Assembly: GCA_041690135.1 (NCBI GenBank)
Contig: JAWLHY010000011.1
Location: 224,001 to 288,000 of the forward strand
Reading direction: 5' to 3'
DNA length: 64,000 bases
Origin: Armatimonadota bacterium
GTDB lineage: Bacteria > Armatimonadota > SYMT01
Made by a program: the position numbers and the translations under genes. The number at the start of each line of letters is the position of its first letter. Position 1 is the first letter of the stretch. The notes under the pieces are model-generated. The model was not told where the DNA came from. It was given only the letters and a program-made list of their open reading frames with translations, and ran no database searches. This document shows positions 49,471 through 59,635 of the stretch, in pieces.

Positions 49471-50049
49471 TCAGTTGCGCATGACGGCGACTTGCACTCT
49501 GGACCCACTGGTGGAGGGGATCGCAACTCCCGATGCGGAGGCGTTGGGCTCAATTTCCAAGAGGAAGTCACGGCGATGGGTATGTTCCTCATAGGGACAC
49601 TTGTATGAGAAGGTCAACACCGCCGTCCGCCAGCGCTGCGATCTCCTGTGCGGGCGATAGAAGAACTTCGGGACCTGCCCGGCGTGATGTACGAAACGAA
49701 CAGCACCCTTTGCGGAAGCGCTGCGGGGCACCGTCCATACACGAATGCGTATTCGGCTGGATTCATGCATGAGGCTCTGGCTTTGCCCGTTGGAATCAAT
49801 CTCATAAACGTGAAAGTCGGCTGATGGACTCGTGCTGTGGAGCGTGCCAGATCGTGTGTCTGTGGCGTCGGCATTATCATTCAGATAATCGACACCAATC
49901 CGATCAATCTGGCTGCAGGTAAATGGCACGCCGTGGGGACCGGTGGTCTTCCCACGCGCCTGTCCGGGTCGTTGATCGAACGACAAGGAAAGTGCTCCCA
50001 GCAGGCAAGATCCTACCCATAGCGCGGGCGTTGAGCGTGGCCTGAACAC
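49471..50049 (-). CDS. Hypothetical, possibly exported protein
   Basis: GGAGG + GTG at 50049; signal-like N-terminus; lower GC. Confidence 0.4.
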   Translation of the reverse strand: MFRPRSTPALWVGSCLLGALSLSFDQRPGQARGKTTGPHGVPFTCSQIDRIGVDYLNDNADATDTRSGTLHSTSPSADFHVYEIDSNGQSQSLMHESSRIRIRVWTVPRSASAKGAVRFVHHAGQVPKFFYRPHRRSQRWRTAVLTFSYKCPYEEHTHRRDFLLEIEPNASASGVAIPSTSGSRVQVAVMRN

Positions 50050-50315
50050 TTGGACCTCCGCATCCCTTTCAAGAGATTTCCTTCGTCTCAACCCGGAGTT
50101 GAACGAGAACGGCTGTGCGTCTCCCATCGGCGGGACGGTCGGGGGACGCATGCCTCCCGACCGTGTCCCCGGAACAGTCCCCGTCGAAAGAGCAAGCCGG
50201 TTCGTGAAGGGCTGTTCCGTCCAGTCGGTATCGAAACCTTCGTCTGTGTCGCTTTCCGTTCCCCTCTGCGTCCCTCTGTGTCGAAGCTTGAACCCCACTC
50301 TGGCCATTCCGGAGG

Positions 50316-50945
50316 CTACCTTCTCACCAGAAACCGCAGCACCCACAACACCCCCAGCGAACCCGCTAACAGCAGATTCACCCGCATAAGGGGATCGTGA
50401 AGCTGGAGCGCCACCCCCGTCAGGGAAGCGTGGAGGGAAGGCGCAACCCCTGCAGCAAGGGCAAGACCAGTCATGAGGACCAGAAGGCCCGGTAGGCCGG
50501 CGCGGAGGTCGGACCAGCTGGGCACCAGGGCGGCGCCGATGCTGGCCATAAGCCAGGCCGCGGCCACCATTGGGAGCGGAGTTTCGGGACGGACGAACGG
50601 GGCCAGGGCGAGCAGTGCCGCACAGCCGGCCAGGAGCGGCATGAACGAGATGAGCGGCTGGGTTACCAGTCGCCAGCGGGGCGGGTCGTGCGCCACCCAG
50701 CCCTGCCCCGCGCGCCAGAGGACCACTTCCCGCACGCGCGCCCCCACGAGCAGGCAGCCGAACACGTGCGCCAGCTCGTGAAGCGCCACACCGGGGGCGA
50801 AGAAGAGCGCGTACAGCCAACGTTGCCGCCCGGCCAGGTGCGCGGCCGCCTGTCCCAGGAGACGGGCGAGCAGCAGGACGAGGAGGGTGGCCACAACCAC
50901 GGTTGTCAGCGGCGCGCGTGCGGGATCAACAGGTAACTCGGGCAC
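50316..50945 (-). CDS. Membrane protein with HExxH, M50-like metallopeptidase
   Basis: APGVALHELAH; G.V.H; LIS..PL; PS.SD; multiple TMs. Confidence 0.8.
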   Translation of the reverse strand: MPELPVDPARAPLTTVVVATLLVLLLARLLGQAAAHLAGRQRWLYALFFAPGVALHELAHVFGCLLVGARVREVVLWRAGQGWVAHDPPRWRLVTQPLISFMPLLAGCAALLALAPFVRPETPLPMVAAAWLMASIGAALVPSWSDLRAGLPGLLVLMTGLALAAGVAPSLHASLTGVALQLHDPLMRVNLLLAGSLGVLWVLRFLVRR

Positions 50946-51009
50946 GAGAATGCCCTTGGCCGCTCACGCCGGCTCTCCCTCCTGTCCCATTCGTTCACTT
51001 ACCTGTTGC

Positions 51010-51654
51010 TTAACGCGTTCCTCGACTACGACGGTTCCGGAACGCCGCCAGCCCCATCAGGGCCGGCAGAAAGAGAAGGACCGACGAAGGCTCCGGCACG
51101 GCCGATCCTTCCGTTTGGGTGAAGTTGTAGGCCTCTCGCACCGTGTCGTCGGGCATCTGCATCGACAGGACGCGGTTATCCGAGAACCGGACGAAGATCG
51201 TGCTGTTGGGAGCCGCGCCGTTGTTGAAGAAGATGGTACGGAAGTCTACCTGCGCATCCACGGAATCGGGGTCCATGTCGGTGCGGAAGGCGAACTCCTT
51301 TCCCGCCCCCAACCCGGTGAACGTGTAGCGGAACTCATCGCTCCGCACGGTGGCGCCGTCTCCGGAACTGTCCGGCGCATGGAGCACGAACCCGACACCG
51401 GGGCTGTGTGTCTCGTTCTGTCCCGAGTCGAAGTTGAAGGCGGGATTGCCGATGCCTACCTTGAGCTCCACGATCTCGAAGCCGGGAGAGGAGATGTTGG
51501 TGAGCTTCCAGGCGGGCGCGTCGGCCGCGGACACCGTATCGATCCCGGGCGGCAGGAACAGGTCAAGGGAGTAGCCGATGGTCTGCGCCTGGGCCGGAGC
51601 GGAGGAGAGCGCCAGAGCCAGGAAGGCAAGACAGATTACTGGACTTCGTTTCAT
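51010..51654 (-). CDS. PEP-CTERM sorting domain protein
   Basis: Signal peptide; AVPEPSS + TM + RNRRSR. Confidence 0.88.
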   Translation of the reverse strand: MKRSPVICLAFLALALSSAPAQAQTIGYSLDLFLPPGIDTVSAADAPAWKLTNISSPGFEIVELKVGIGNPAFNFDSGQNETHSPGVGFVLHAPDSSGDGATVRSDEFRYTFTGLGAGKEFAFRTDMDPDSVDAQVDFRTIFFNNGAAPNSTIFVRFSDNRVLSMQMPDDTVREAYNFTQTEGSAVPEPSSVLLFLPALMGLAAFRNRRSRGTR

Positions 51655-51679
51655 GAACGGTCTTCCTATTCCTTGGAAA

Positions 51680-52462
51680 TTAGCGGGGACGCCGATGGAG
51701 GTACCGGGACCCTACCAATCCCACGAGAACCGGTAGGAAGAGAAGGACGGCCGAAGGCTCCGGCACGGCCGGGGTTTCGGAGCCGGCGCCCTGAATGGAA
51801 AAGGACGCGGTCATGGTTCCCAGGTTGTCATCGTAGTAACCGGGCGGACCGTTGAAGGCAAAACCATCGGCAAACCCCAGGAAGAGACGGGTGGCGCCGT
51901 CGGGTACGTGGAAGGCCTGGATAGCTCCCGCGCCGGTGCCGCTACGGCCGTCACCGATGAAGAACGTCTGGCCGATTACCGGCGCCAGTTGGGTGAACCC
52001 GCTATTTCCGGTGAAGTCCAGGCGGGCGGGAGCCGGAGCAACGGGAGCATCATCCGTCAGAAAGACGCCGGTCAGAAAGCCGACTCGGTCCAGGGCGGTG
52101 ATGCCGGAAATGCCACCCACCGAATCGAGGTCGGTGAACTCGCGACTTGCGGTCCCGGGGCGCCCATCCGGACCGTTTGCGGGCGTCAGTGGATCATCTT
52201 TACAGCAGTCGAAAGTGCCGCTGACGCTGGTGAATTGGAGAATCCGCCCCGTTCCCGGGTTGAGGGAATAGGAGGGTGGTAGGGTCCCTCCTCCGCCGCC
52301 GGCGGGAGCCGGGGGAAGCGTGAGACCGGCGCCAAAAATGTTGGAGGTGGCCTGAATGGCCTGACCCGAATAGGTCTGCGCCGCAGCGGGGCTCGCCGCC
52401 ATCAACGCGCAGCAGGCCAGTGAGAAGAAGGTCCGGACCAGAGAGCCGTGAGGATGTGTCAT
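51680..52462 (-). CDS. PEP-CTERM sorting domain protein
   Basis: Signal peptide; FFIG..VPDGATRLFLG.AD..YDDN.G; AVPEPSA + TM + RRPR. Confidence 0.88.
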   Translation of the reverse strand: MTHPHGSLVRTFFSLACCALMAASPAAAQTYSGQAIQATSNIFGAGLTLPPAPAGGGGGTLPPSYSLNPGTGRILQFTSVSGTFDCCKDDPLTPANGPDGRPGTASREFTDLDSVGGISGITALDRVGFLTGVFLTDDAPVAPAPARLDFTGNSGFTQLAPVIGQTFFIGDGRSGTGAGAIQAFHVPDGATRLFLGFADGFAFNGPPGYYDDNLGTMTASFSIQGAGSETPAVPEPSAVLLFLPVLVGLVGSRYLHRRPR

Positions 52463-52577
52463 TCGGAAGAGTTCCTTTCGCAGCCGACACCAACAGAGGA
52501 TGCGAAAGGTTGCCGAATGTAGCCACGTCCAGGAACTGCTTTTTTTGCCCTGTCTCCACAGAAGAAGGGAAGGTCTG

Positions 52578-55500
52578 TTACGGGTTGGCCGGCCGCGCTC
52601 GCACAAAAGGGGAAGTCAGCGGGAAGCTGGCGTCGGAGATGCTCACCTGCTGTCGCGGACCATCCAACTCGTGAACCCGCCGGGCAACATATTCCGCGAG
52701 CGTGTTGAAGCGGACGAAAGGAGTGGATGGGTCCGCGTGCCCCCGCAACCCTTCGAGCAAGGCGTAAGTGAACACACCGTGACCCAGACGAGCCCGCTCC
52801 TGGGCCAGTTGGTCCGGAGTGGCGCTTGCCAGGAGCACCACCCCCGATGCCGGGCTCATCATCCGCTCGGCCCGGACCGCCGGAACCGGGATCTTGCCGG
52901 AGTGGCAGGTATCGGCGAACACGATCACCTGCCGCGCGCTCAGCTTCGGTCCGAGCCATTCTGCGAGTTGGGCGCCCGTGAGAGTGGTTTCCAGGAGCCG
53001 TCGGTTAGAGGAAACATCCAGCTCATAAGTGCCGAAGCAGTAGTTCCCGGCCTCGTCCCGGAGACCATGCCCGGCCAGGTAAAGGACCACCGTGTCTTCG
53101 GGTCGTGAGCGAGCCTTGATCGCTTTCAGCCGCGCACGCAGGGCATTCCCGGTAGCCTGCGCATCCGTGAGGCAGTCCACTTCCACCCGCGTGTACAGTT
53201 CCTTCTGCCCCGCAAACACTGAAGCGACGGCGCGAGCATCGCCGGCAGGGAACGCCAGCGAATAGGCCGGATCCCGGTAACGAGAGACCCCGGCGCACAG
53301 GACGAAGAGCCGTCCCCGTACGGCGGGCGCTCCCGGCCGGCGGATGAGGATCTCGACGGGATCGGCATTGTAGCCCTGGTCGTCGAACACGGTGGCTCGC
53401 ACCAGGATCAACTCTTCACCGGGCGGCAAGGGCACCGCCAGGCGCGAAATCTGATAGGCTCGATGCCGCGGGGGGAATGCCCCAGCATCCACGCCGCGGG
53501 GCAACGACGCCGGCCGCCGCTCCGCCAGGTCGGCAATAGCGCCGGAGAGCGCTTCCGGGGCCGAGCGGTCATCCAACAACACAGGACGCCCGTTCACAAA
53601 GACCTCGGCGGATCTCACACTCCTATCGTCACTGGCAAGAAGGGTCAGTTTCACCTCCCTTGCATCGGCCGCCACGGTCATCTCCGCATCCAGGAATCGA
53701 CACGCGGGGGGGATATCGCCGGAGCCCAGAGGTGGGGCGGGTTCCCATACCCCCGCCAGCGCCTGGCGAACCGAGCGAGGGCGCCGGAAGCGGTTTTCGA
53801 AGCGCGCGGCCGGGTAGAGCTGGTCTTCCGCTCGCCAGGAAACCAGTTCGCCGCTTCCGGGGGACCCATCATAGTGGCCGTTGGCGGTGACCGCCATCCA
53901 CTCCGTACGCCGCTCCGTGCGCAGCGCGGTGAGCGCCACCCAGCGTTCACCGGCGGCATCGAGCTCGTTCCAGATGCGAACTGAACCGTCCGGAGCCGCC
54001 GCCGCCAACCGGAGGCTCGATAAGTCGCGAGTAAACTGTGGAAACTTCATTCCCAACCCACCCATGCGCAGCACCGGCTTTCCGGCGCCCGTGGCAATGT
54101 CCCACAACATCGGGGGAGCGCCGGGAAAGGTGGCGACGATGCTTTTTGCGTCACGCGATATGGCCAGGATGGGCGGCGAAATGGAGGTCGTGGTGAGGAT
54201 GTGATTCCCGTCGGGCGTCCAGGCGAACTCGGCGAGCCGGGGATGGGGAATGGAGCGCCGGACCTCACCAGTCCGCGCGTCCCATAGGCAAAGAGAGGTA
54301 CGCAACATGCCGCGCTCGGGGGGTAGCATCAGGCTACCGGCCAGGGCCTTGCTATCGGGGCTCCACTGGATGGACCCACCGCCCGCAAGTGTGTGCGTCA
54401 ACTTCCAGCCCTGTGCCGCTGCTCCGGTCGTCTCCCAGATCCATACCCGCCCGCCGCCGGTAGCGGCGAAGAAACGACCGTCGGGGCTCCAGGTGACCCG
54501 TCCCACTGTCTCTGAAAAGTTCCTCAGCCCGGAGAGACGCTGCCCGGTATCCGGATCCCAAAAGCTGACGGGCGCATCCCGGCTGACGATCGCCAGGATC
54601 TTTCCGTCCGGGCTCCACGCGGCGATACTTGCCTCGGGGGCGCGGGTGGCCGCTGGAGGTGGGAGTGGCGGGCCGGCAGCCCCCTTCAAGGTTTGCACCG
54701 GCCGTAATGTTTGCACGTCCCAGAGCTCGATCATTCCGTCGTCCGTTACGGCCGCCAGAACCTTACCGTCGGGCCGCCAGGTCAACGCAAGCACCGTCCG
54801 CTCCAGGTGGCTGAGGCTGCCTCGCAATTCTCCTGTCCGGGTATCCCAGATCCGGGGGGGCGCACCGTTGCCGGCGGTCGCCAGTTCACGACCATCCGGA
54901 GACCAGGCCACGGCCGTTAGTTCCAGGCTATGCCCCCCCAGGATCTCGGCCTTCTGACCCTTGAGTGTCTCCCATAAGCGGATGCGCGCGTCCGTGGTCG
55001 CGACGGCAAGCTGCCGGCCATCCGGACTCCAGTCGAGGGCGTAGAACGAGTCAGGTGTTCCCCCCTGAAAGCGCTCTTGTTCTTCCGCACCGGTTTCCGA
55101 GTTCCAGAGCCGGACGGTTCCGGCATGGGTTACCGTCGCGACCCAGGGTCGAGAGGGATGCCAGACCACCCTGGCGACAAAGCAGTCCTCCTGCGTCAGG
55201 ACCCGCACCCGTTTGCCGGCAACCGCCTCCCACTGTTCGACCCCCCCGCGATAGGTGGGCGCCCGCTCCCCGGCGAACTGTCCGAACAGGCCCGTGCCCA
55301 CGGCCAGGGACCGGCCATCCGGGCTCCACGCGATTCCCCGGATCGTCTGCGTGCATTCTCCCGTCCAGCGCAGCTCCCACGTCGCGGTGTCCCAGACACA
55401 AAGTTTGTTCCCACCGCCGTCGGTCGCGAGTTGGCCTCCATCCGGGCTCCACGCAACTGCTCCGCCGCCCCCGCGGGTAGAATCCAGAACTCGCTGCTGC

Positions 55501-56042
55501 TCGCCGGTCTTCGCGTTCCAGATGTGGGTAGCTCCACCCCCCGAAGAGGCCAGCAAGGTGCCGCGAGGGTGCCAGGCGACCCCATTCACCGCGCTGGCGC
55601 GCCCCATCATTACCCGCAGTTGCCGCTGCTGCCGCGGATCCCAGATGCGGATGGTGCCTTCATAGCCGCCGGATGCCAGGAGCGCCCCGTCCGGGCTCCA
55701 GCTTACCGACCGCACCCCCATTTCGTGACCGCGCAGCACCGCGTAGGTCCGTCGCTTCCGCACGTCCCAGAGCCGGAGGGTGCGGTCCCGGCTCGCCGAG
55801 GCCAGGCGATCTCCCTGGGGGTGCCAGGCGAGATCGAGGATCGCCGAGCCGTGACCGGATTGGAGCAACAGCTCCGGTTGACCGGAGGCTTCCCGCACCG
55901 GGGTACCGGCAACTCCGGTACGGGCGGCTCCCGTGGTGAGGAGAAGCAGCAGAAGCAGCCAGAAGCCGGGACGGAAGGGGGCCAGCCGGTCCTGGATTGA
56001 CGGTGATTCGCAGACAGGCATGCCGGGTCTCCTGACATTCAC
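52578..56042 (-). CDS. WD40-repeat protein with C-terminal caspase (peptidase C14) domain
   Basis: Hydrophobic N-terminus; ~14 WSPDG/GH..WD repeats; YLAGHG and FADTCHSG His/Cys dyad; GHGVFTYALLEGL. Confidence 0.92.
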   Translation of the reverse strand: MNVRRPGMPVCESPSIQDRLAPFRPGFWLLLLLLLTTGAARTGVAGTPVREASGQPELLLQSGHGSAILDLAWHPQGDRLASASRDRTLRLWDVRKRRTYAVLRGHEMGVRSVSWSPDGALLASGGYEGTIRIWDPRQQRQLRVMMGRASAVNGVAWHPRGTLLASSGGGATHIWNAKTGEQQRVLDSTRGGGGAVAWSPDGGQLATDGGGNKLCVWDTATWELRWTGECTQTIRGIAWSPDGRSLAVGTGLFGQFAGERAPTYRGGVEQWEAVAGKRVRVLTQEDCFVARVVWHPSRPWVATVTHAGTVRLWNSETGAEEQERFQGGTPDSFYALDWSPDGRQLAVATTDARIRLWETLKGQKAEILGGHSLELTAVAWSPDGRELATAGNGAPPRIWDTRTGELRGSLSHLERTVLALTWRPDGKVLAAVTDDGMIELWDVQTLRPVQTLKGAAGPPLPPPAATRAPEASIAAWSPDGKILAIVSRDAPVSFWDPDTGQRLSGLRNFSETVGRVTWSPDGRFFAATGGGRVWIWETTGAAAQGWKLTHTLAGGGSIQWSPDSKALAGSLMLPPERGMLRTSLCLWDARTGEVRRSIPHPRLAEFAWTPDGNHILTTTSISPPILAISRDAKSIVATFPGAPPMLWDIATGAGKPVLRMGGLGMKFPQFTRDLSSLRLAAAAPDGSVRIWNELDAAGERWVALTALRTERRTEWMAVTANGHYDGSPGSGELVSWRAEDQLYPAARFENRFRRPRSVRQALAGVWEPAPPLGSGDIPPACRFLDAEMTVAADAREVKLTLLASDDRSVRSAEVFVNGRPVLLDDRSAPEALSGAIADLAERRPASLPRGVDAGAFPPRHRAYQISRLAVPLPPGEELILVRATVFDDQGYNADPVEILIRRPGAPAVRGRLFVLCAGVSRYRDPAYSLAFPAGDARAVASVFAGQKELYTRVEVDCLTDAQATGNALRARLKAIKARSRPEDTVVLYLAGHGLRDEAGNYCFGTYELDVSSNRRLLETTLTGAQLAEWLGPKLSARQVIVFADTCHSGKIPVPAVRAERMMSPASGVVLLASATPDQLAQERARLGHGVFTYALLEGLRGHADPSTPFVRFNTLAEYVARRVHELDGPRQQVSISDASFPLTSPFVRARPANP

Positions 56043-56049
56043 GAAGAGG

Positions 56050-57489
56050 CTATTCGGATTTCAGCACCTGACGGCGCAGCTGCCGCAGGCCATGCAAGAG
56101 TGCAGTCGCCTCACGGGAGCCGGGGTTCTCCCGGACCAGGGACTGGAAGGCCTCCTCGGCTTCGTCCAGCAACCCGGCCCGCCACGCCAGCACGCCGCGC
56201 GTCACCAGTGAGCCGTCTCCGGCGGTCACCGCCCGCTCCAATTCCGCCGCCCGGTTCGCTTCCAGAATGACAAAACGGGCTTCCGGCTGGCCCGTACGCG
56301 GCGTCACCCGGAGGCGGGTCTCGCCGGCGTAGGCGGCGACTTCCCACTGGTAGGTCCGGCCGCGGGGCAGCGAATTTGCTGGCTGCCACCGGGTAGCTTT
56401 GAGCCTTGGACTGGTTTCGAGTGCGAACCCCTCCAGGTCGAAGATGGTGACGATGTAGCCCTCCGCCCCCACCAGGGGAACCCACGCAAGTTCCGGCCGG
56501 TCGTCCCGGACGGCGGTTCCCACCGGGCTCTTGAGGGCGAATGCCGGTGAGCCGGGCGGAGGCACGAAACGCGCCGTGCCTTCCTCCGCATCACGGCGCG
56601 GCGCTCCCGTCAATTGCGCCAGCAGGACCGGCGGTTCCAGGCGGCGGGTCTTCCAGGCGCGCTCAACCTCCGGCAGGACCGCCTGCGGGACGAGGCGCAC
56701 GAGGCGCCCCTCCGCGTCTCGGACCAACTCTCCGTTGCCGTCCCGGACGACCGTGGCGGGGCGAGTTTCGCCGGCGCCCGGCACCGACCTGGGAATCGGT
56801 GACCGCGCGAGGCTGATCTCTAGATCCTCGAGGCGCTCCCGCAGCCGGTCCATTTCCTGCGACTGGCGCTCCCGGCTCGCCACTTCCCCCACGCGTCGGC
56901 GATCGACCGCCGCCAGCTCCTTTTTCACCTGCGCCAGCTCGCGCGAGAGACGCTCGGCTTCTTCCCGGGCGGCAGTGCCCTCCTTGCGGGCCTGTGCCAG
57001 CTCACGACCCGTGGGGGTGCCGATCTCGGCGGGGAGAGGAATGCGGAGGAGAGTCACCACCAGCACGGCGGCCGCGGCGGCCGGTAGTGCCAGGCGGCAC
57101 CAGGACCAAACGGAGGTCCGGCTGGGCCGCGATGAGGATCCGGGGAGCGGAGCTCCCTCCAACTCTTCCCGGAAGGCGGCGAGGTCCCGCACTTCCGCCA
57201 CGCATGCAGGGCAGACTTCTAGATGACTCCGGACCGTCTCCAGGTCCGCGGCAACGAGGGCGCCATCGACGTAATCCGCCAGTTGCTCGAAATCCAGGTG
57301 TTCCGGAGGCAGCCCGTCTTCCCGAAAGACTGACGGCAAGGCGGTCACGGCCGTTTCGTGCGGCACCCGAACCTGCTCCCGGCAAGCGGTGCAAACGGCC
57401 AGGTGATCATCCATCGCCAGCAAGTCCACGGGCGATGCCTGTCGGCGCCGGTAGCTTTCGAGTTGTTCGGGAGTCAGGTGGGCCTGCAC
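56050..57489 (-). CDS. Anti-sigma factor: two zf-HC2 fingers, TM, coiled coil, Ig-like and TPR-like C-terminus
   Basis: HLAVCTAC and HLEVCPAC (HxxxCxxC); TM LALPAAAAAVLVVTLL; YQWEV; GLLDEAE..L..ENP. Confidence 0.85.
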   Translation of the reverse strand: MQAHLTPEQLESYRRRQASPVDLLAMDDHLAVCTACREQVRVPHETAVTALPSVFREDGLPPEHLDFEQLADYVDGALVAADLETVRSHLEVCPACVAEVRDLAAFREELEGAPLPGSSSRPSRTSVWSWCRLALPAAAAAVLVVTLLRIPLPAEIGTPTGRELAQARKEGTAAREEAERLSRELAQVKKELAAVDRRRVGEVASRERQSQEMDRLRERLEDLEISLARSPIPRSVPGAGETRPATVVRDGNGELVRDAEGRLVRLVPQAVLPEVERAWKTRRLEPPVLLAQLTGAPRRDAEEGTARFVPPPGSPAFALKSPVGTAVRDDRPELAWVPLVGAEGYIVTIFDLEGFALETSPRLKATRWQPANSLPRGRTYQWEVAAYAGETRLRVTPRTGQPEARFVILEANRAAELERAVTAGDGSLVTRGVLAWRAGLLDEAEEAFQSLVRENPGSREATALLHGLRQLRRQVLKSE

Positions 57490-57533
57490 GGATCACTCCT
57501 GGCGGCTCTCGGGGATTGGACGGGAAAAGAAGT

Positions 57534-58658
57534 CTATTTGAGCCACGGGTAGTCCCACCCGAGCTTGAGGAGGCGCCGCCGCAGCCGGTCGCGGGCATTC
57601 TGCCGCAGAACGATCACCTGGCGCGGCTGCAGATGCAGCCGTTCCGCGACGCGGCGATCGTCCAGGGGCAGGTCGGGCCAGAGCCCGGCCAACTCCTCCG
57701 CCGGCATCTCCAGCAAGGCCGCGATCTCGCGCAGAGAGGCCAGACCCTCCGCGGGCAGGAGGCGGATGACTCCCTCCGAGAGAGTCAACACGAGCGCGGT
57801 CCGCTGGCGAAGGGGGAGTAGGCCGAGCTCGAACCAGAGATCACGGAGAAATTCCCGCACTTCCAACTGCCGGACAAACTCGCCGCGGGCATCCGATACC
57901 CGTTCGAGAGGATGCACCTCGTGCGGGGATTCCGGCTCGATGCGGGTGGCTTCGCGGACCTGCCGAATCTCGGCGGATACCTTGATCAGTCGCGGTAGCA
58001 GCAGCGGAGTATCCAGCCACCGGAACAGCCGCTCCATAAAAGGGAGCAGGGCGAGGCCGACCGGGTCCTCGTCGGGAAAGATCCAGCCAGAGCACTGCTG
58101 AGAGTTCGCTTCCAGTTGAGTACGGCGTTTCAGTGCGTCGCTTTCGGGCCGGGGGCTCTTCCCTTCTGTCCGCCACCATCGCCAACCCGTCCATCGATCG
58201 GCGCCGTCCCCGCGCCACAGCGTCAAGGCGGTCCGGTCCCCGCACCGGGTGAGCAGATAGCGGATGCGATTGGAGAGGTAAGTCCACGCGGGTCGCTCTC
58301 GCCGGAGCCTGGCGGTGACCGTCTGCCCCGCAAGCAGCGCCGCCACGGCTTCCACGTCCCGGATCGCTTCACCCGTCCCGCTCCGCGCCTCTCCGAGCCG
58401 CCGGATGAGCCGCAACAGCGTCTCGCTCCGCAGGTCGTCCAGGTCATCGGCGTGATTTCCGCTCCGATCGCGGCCGGTACATCCCCACTCCTTGCGGAGG
58501 ATGCCTTCGATCCGGGGCGTGAGCGCCTTCAGGAGTGCCTCCAAACAGGCGGGTGCGTCGCCATCCGAGGCCCGCAGGTAGGACGCCAAAAGCTCACCTG
58601 GAAGGGGTGAAGCGCGAGCATTCTCGACTCCGGATTTGCGCCGCAGGAGGTCTAACAT
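57534..58658 (-). CDS. Enlarged ECF-like sigma factor
   Basis: Region-2-like DDLDDLRSETLLRL; region-4-like LPLRQRTALVL..LREIAALL..VAERL..ARDRLRR; upstream of a zf-HC2 gene; start uncertain. Confidence 0.72.
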   Translation of the reverse strand: MLDLLRRKSGVENARASPLPGELLASYLRASDGDAPACLEALLKALTPRIEGILRKEWGCTGRDRSGNHADDLDDLRSETLLRLIRRLGEARSGTGEAIRDVEAVAALLAGQTVTARLRRERPAWTYLSNRIRYLLTRCGDRTALTLWRGDGADRWTGWRWWRTEGKSPRPESDALKRRTQLEANSQQCSGWIFPDEDPVGLALLPFMERLFRWLDTPLLLPRLIKVSAEIRQVREATRIEPESPHEVHPLERVSDARGEFVRQLEVREFLRDLWFELGLLPLRQRTALVLTLSEGVIRLLPAEGLASLREIAALLEMPAEELAGLWPDLPLDDRRVAERLHLQPRQVIVLRQNARDRLRRRLLKLGWDYPWLK

Positions 58659-58760
58659 TCGCCGGGTAGCCAGGCACGAGGGTAGTGGAGGAAGCAATGG
58701 ATGGGGCGGTTCCTGGTAGGAGTATTTCTTTCATGCCTGGGCTGCAATCCTCCCAGAGCA

Positions 58761-59246
58761 TCATGACGCTCCCGATACCCGGCAAGAAGTACGCAGAGTC
58801 ACCACACCCTCCAGCGCATGGCCGAGCTCCTGGAGTAAAGGACCGGCACAGGCCTCCTCCACGGCCGGAAACAGCTCCCGCTCCTCGAAGCGGATGTGGT
58901 CGTGGAGCCGGCTTGCGGTCTCGGCGACGAGCTCGGCTAGCCGCGGATCGTCCGCCGTCTCCGCGGCGGCCAACTCCCGGGCAAGGCGGCGGAGGGTGAC
59001 GTGCTCCACCAGGGTCCGCACGAGGAGCGGATGGTCATCCGCCAGCGCCCGGGCGCACTCGGGGAGCAGGACCTCCTCCTCGGCCCGGAAGTGCGGGAGG
59101 ATCTCTCCTTCCCACTCTCGCAGGAACTCCCGCACGGTTTCCCGCAGCGGCCGCCGGCTCTCCGACGCCAGGCGCAGGTTCCGTGCCGCGACCAGGCCGT
59201 AATGATGTTGTTCGGAGAGGTCCCTCAACTCCGGGCTCCGCTTCAT
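58761..59246 (-). CDS. Hemerythrin-like domain protein
   Basis: LS.QHH, HFRAEE, EH, HIRFEERELFP. Confidence 0.88.
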   Translation of the reverse strand: MKRSPELRDLSEQHHYGLVAARNLRLASESRRPLRETVREFLREWEGEILPHFRAEEEVLLPECARALADDHPLLVRTLVEHVTLRRLARELAAAETADDPRLAELVAETASRLHDHIRFEERELFPAVEEACAGPLLQELGHALEGVVTLRTSCRVSGAS

Positions 59247-59635
59247 CCGCTCTTCTTCCCTTCCGGGGCAATGGTCAACAGGAACACGGCATCCTGGAGA
59301 GCCAGCACCGCATGCCGCCGACGGGCGGCCAGGGTCAGCAACTCTCCGGGGTGAAGGTCCACGCTTTCCTCACCGACCTGGAACCGCACCGCTCCTTCCA
59401 GCACGTGGACGGTGATGGGTCCCGGCGCCTGGTGCTCCAGCAGCTCCGCTCCGGCCCGCATGGCCTGCAAGACCACGCGCAGCTCCGCGTTCTTCACCAG
59501 CAGCACGCCGTTGCGGCCGTTCTCCCCGTACTCCGGCTCCTCGCGCAGGGTCTCCAGGGTCGCGTTCAGGTCCACCACGTGGGGCGCCTCTTCCTCCGGG
59601 TGCAGTTGCTGCATGCGGGCTTCCGCCGTTGCCAT
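59243..59635 (-). CDS. Cupin domain protein
   Basis: EHQAPGPITVHVLEG..HAV; overlaps hemerythrin gene by 4 nt. Confidence 0.88.
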   Translation of the reverse strand: MATAEARMQQLHPEEEAPHVVDLNATLETLREEPEYGENGRNGVLLVKNAELRVVLQAMRAGAELLEHQAPGPITVHVLEGAVRFQVGEESVDLHPGELLTLAARRRHAVLALQDAVFLLTIAPEGKKSG

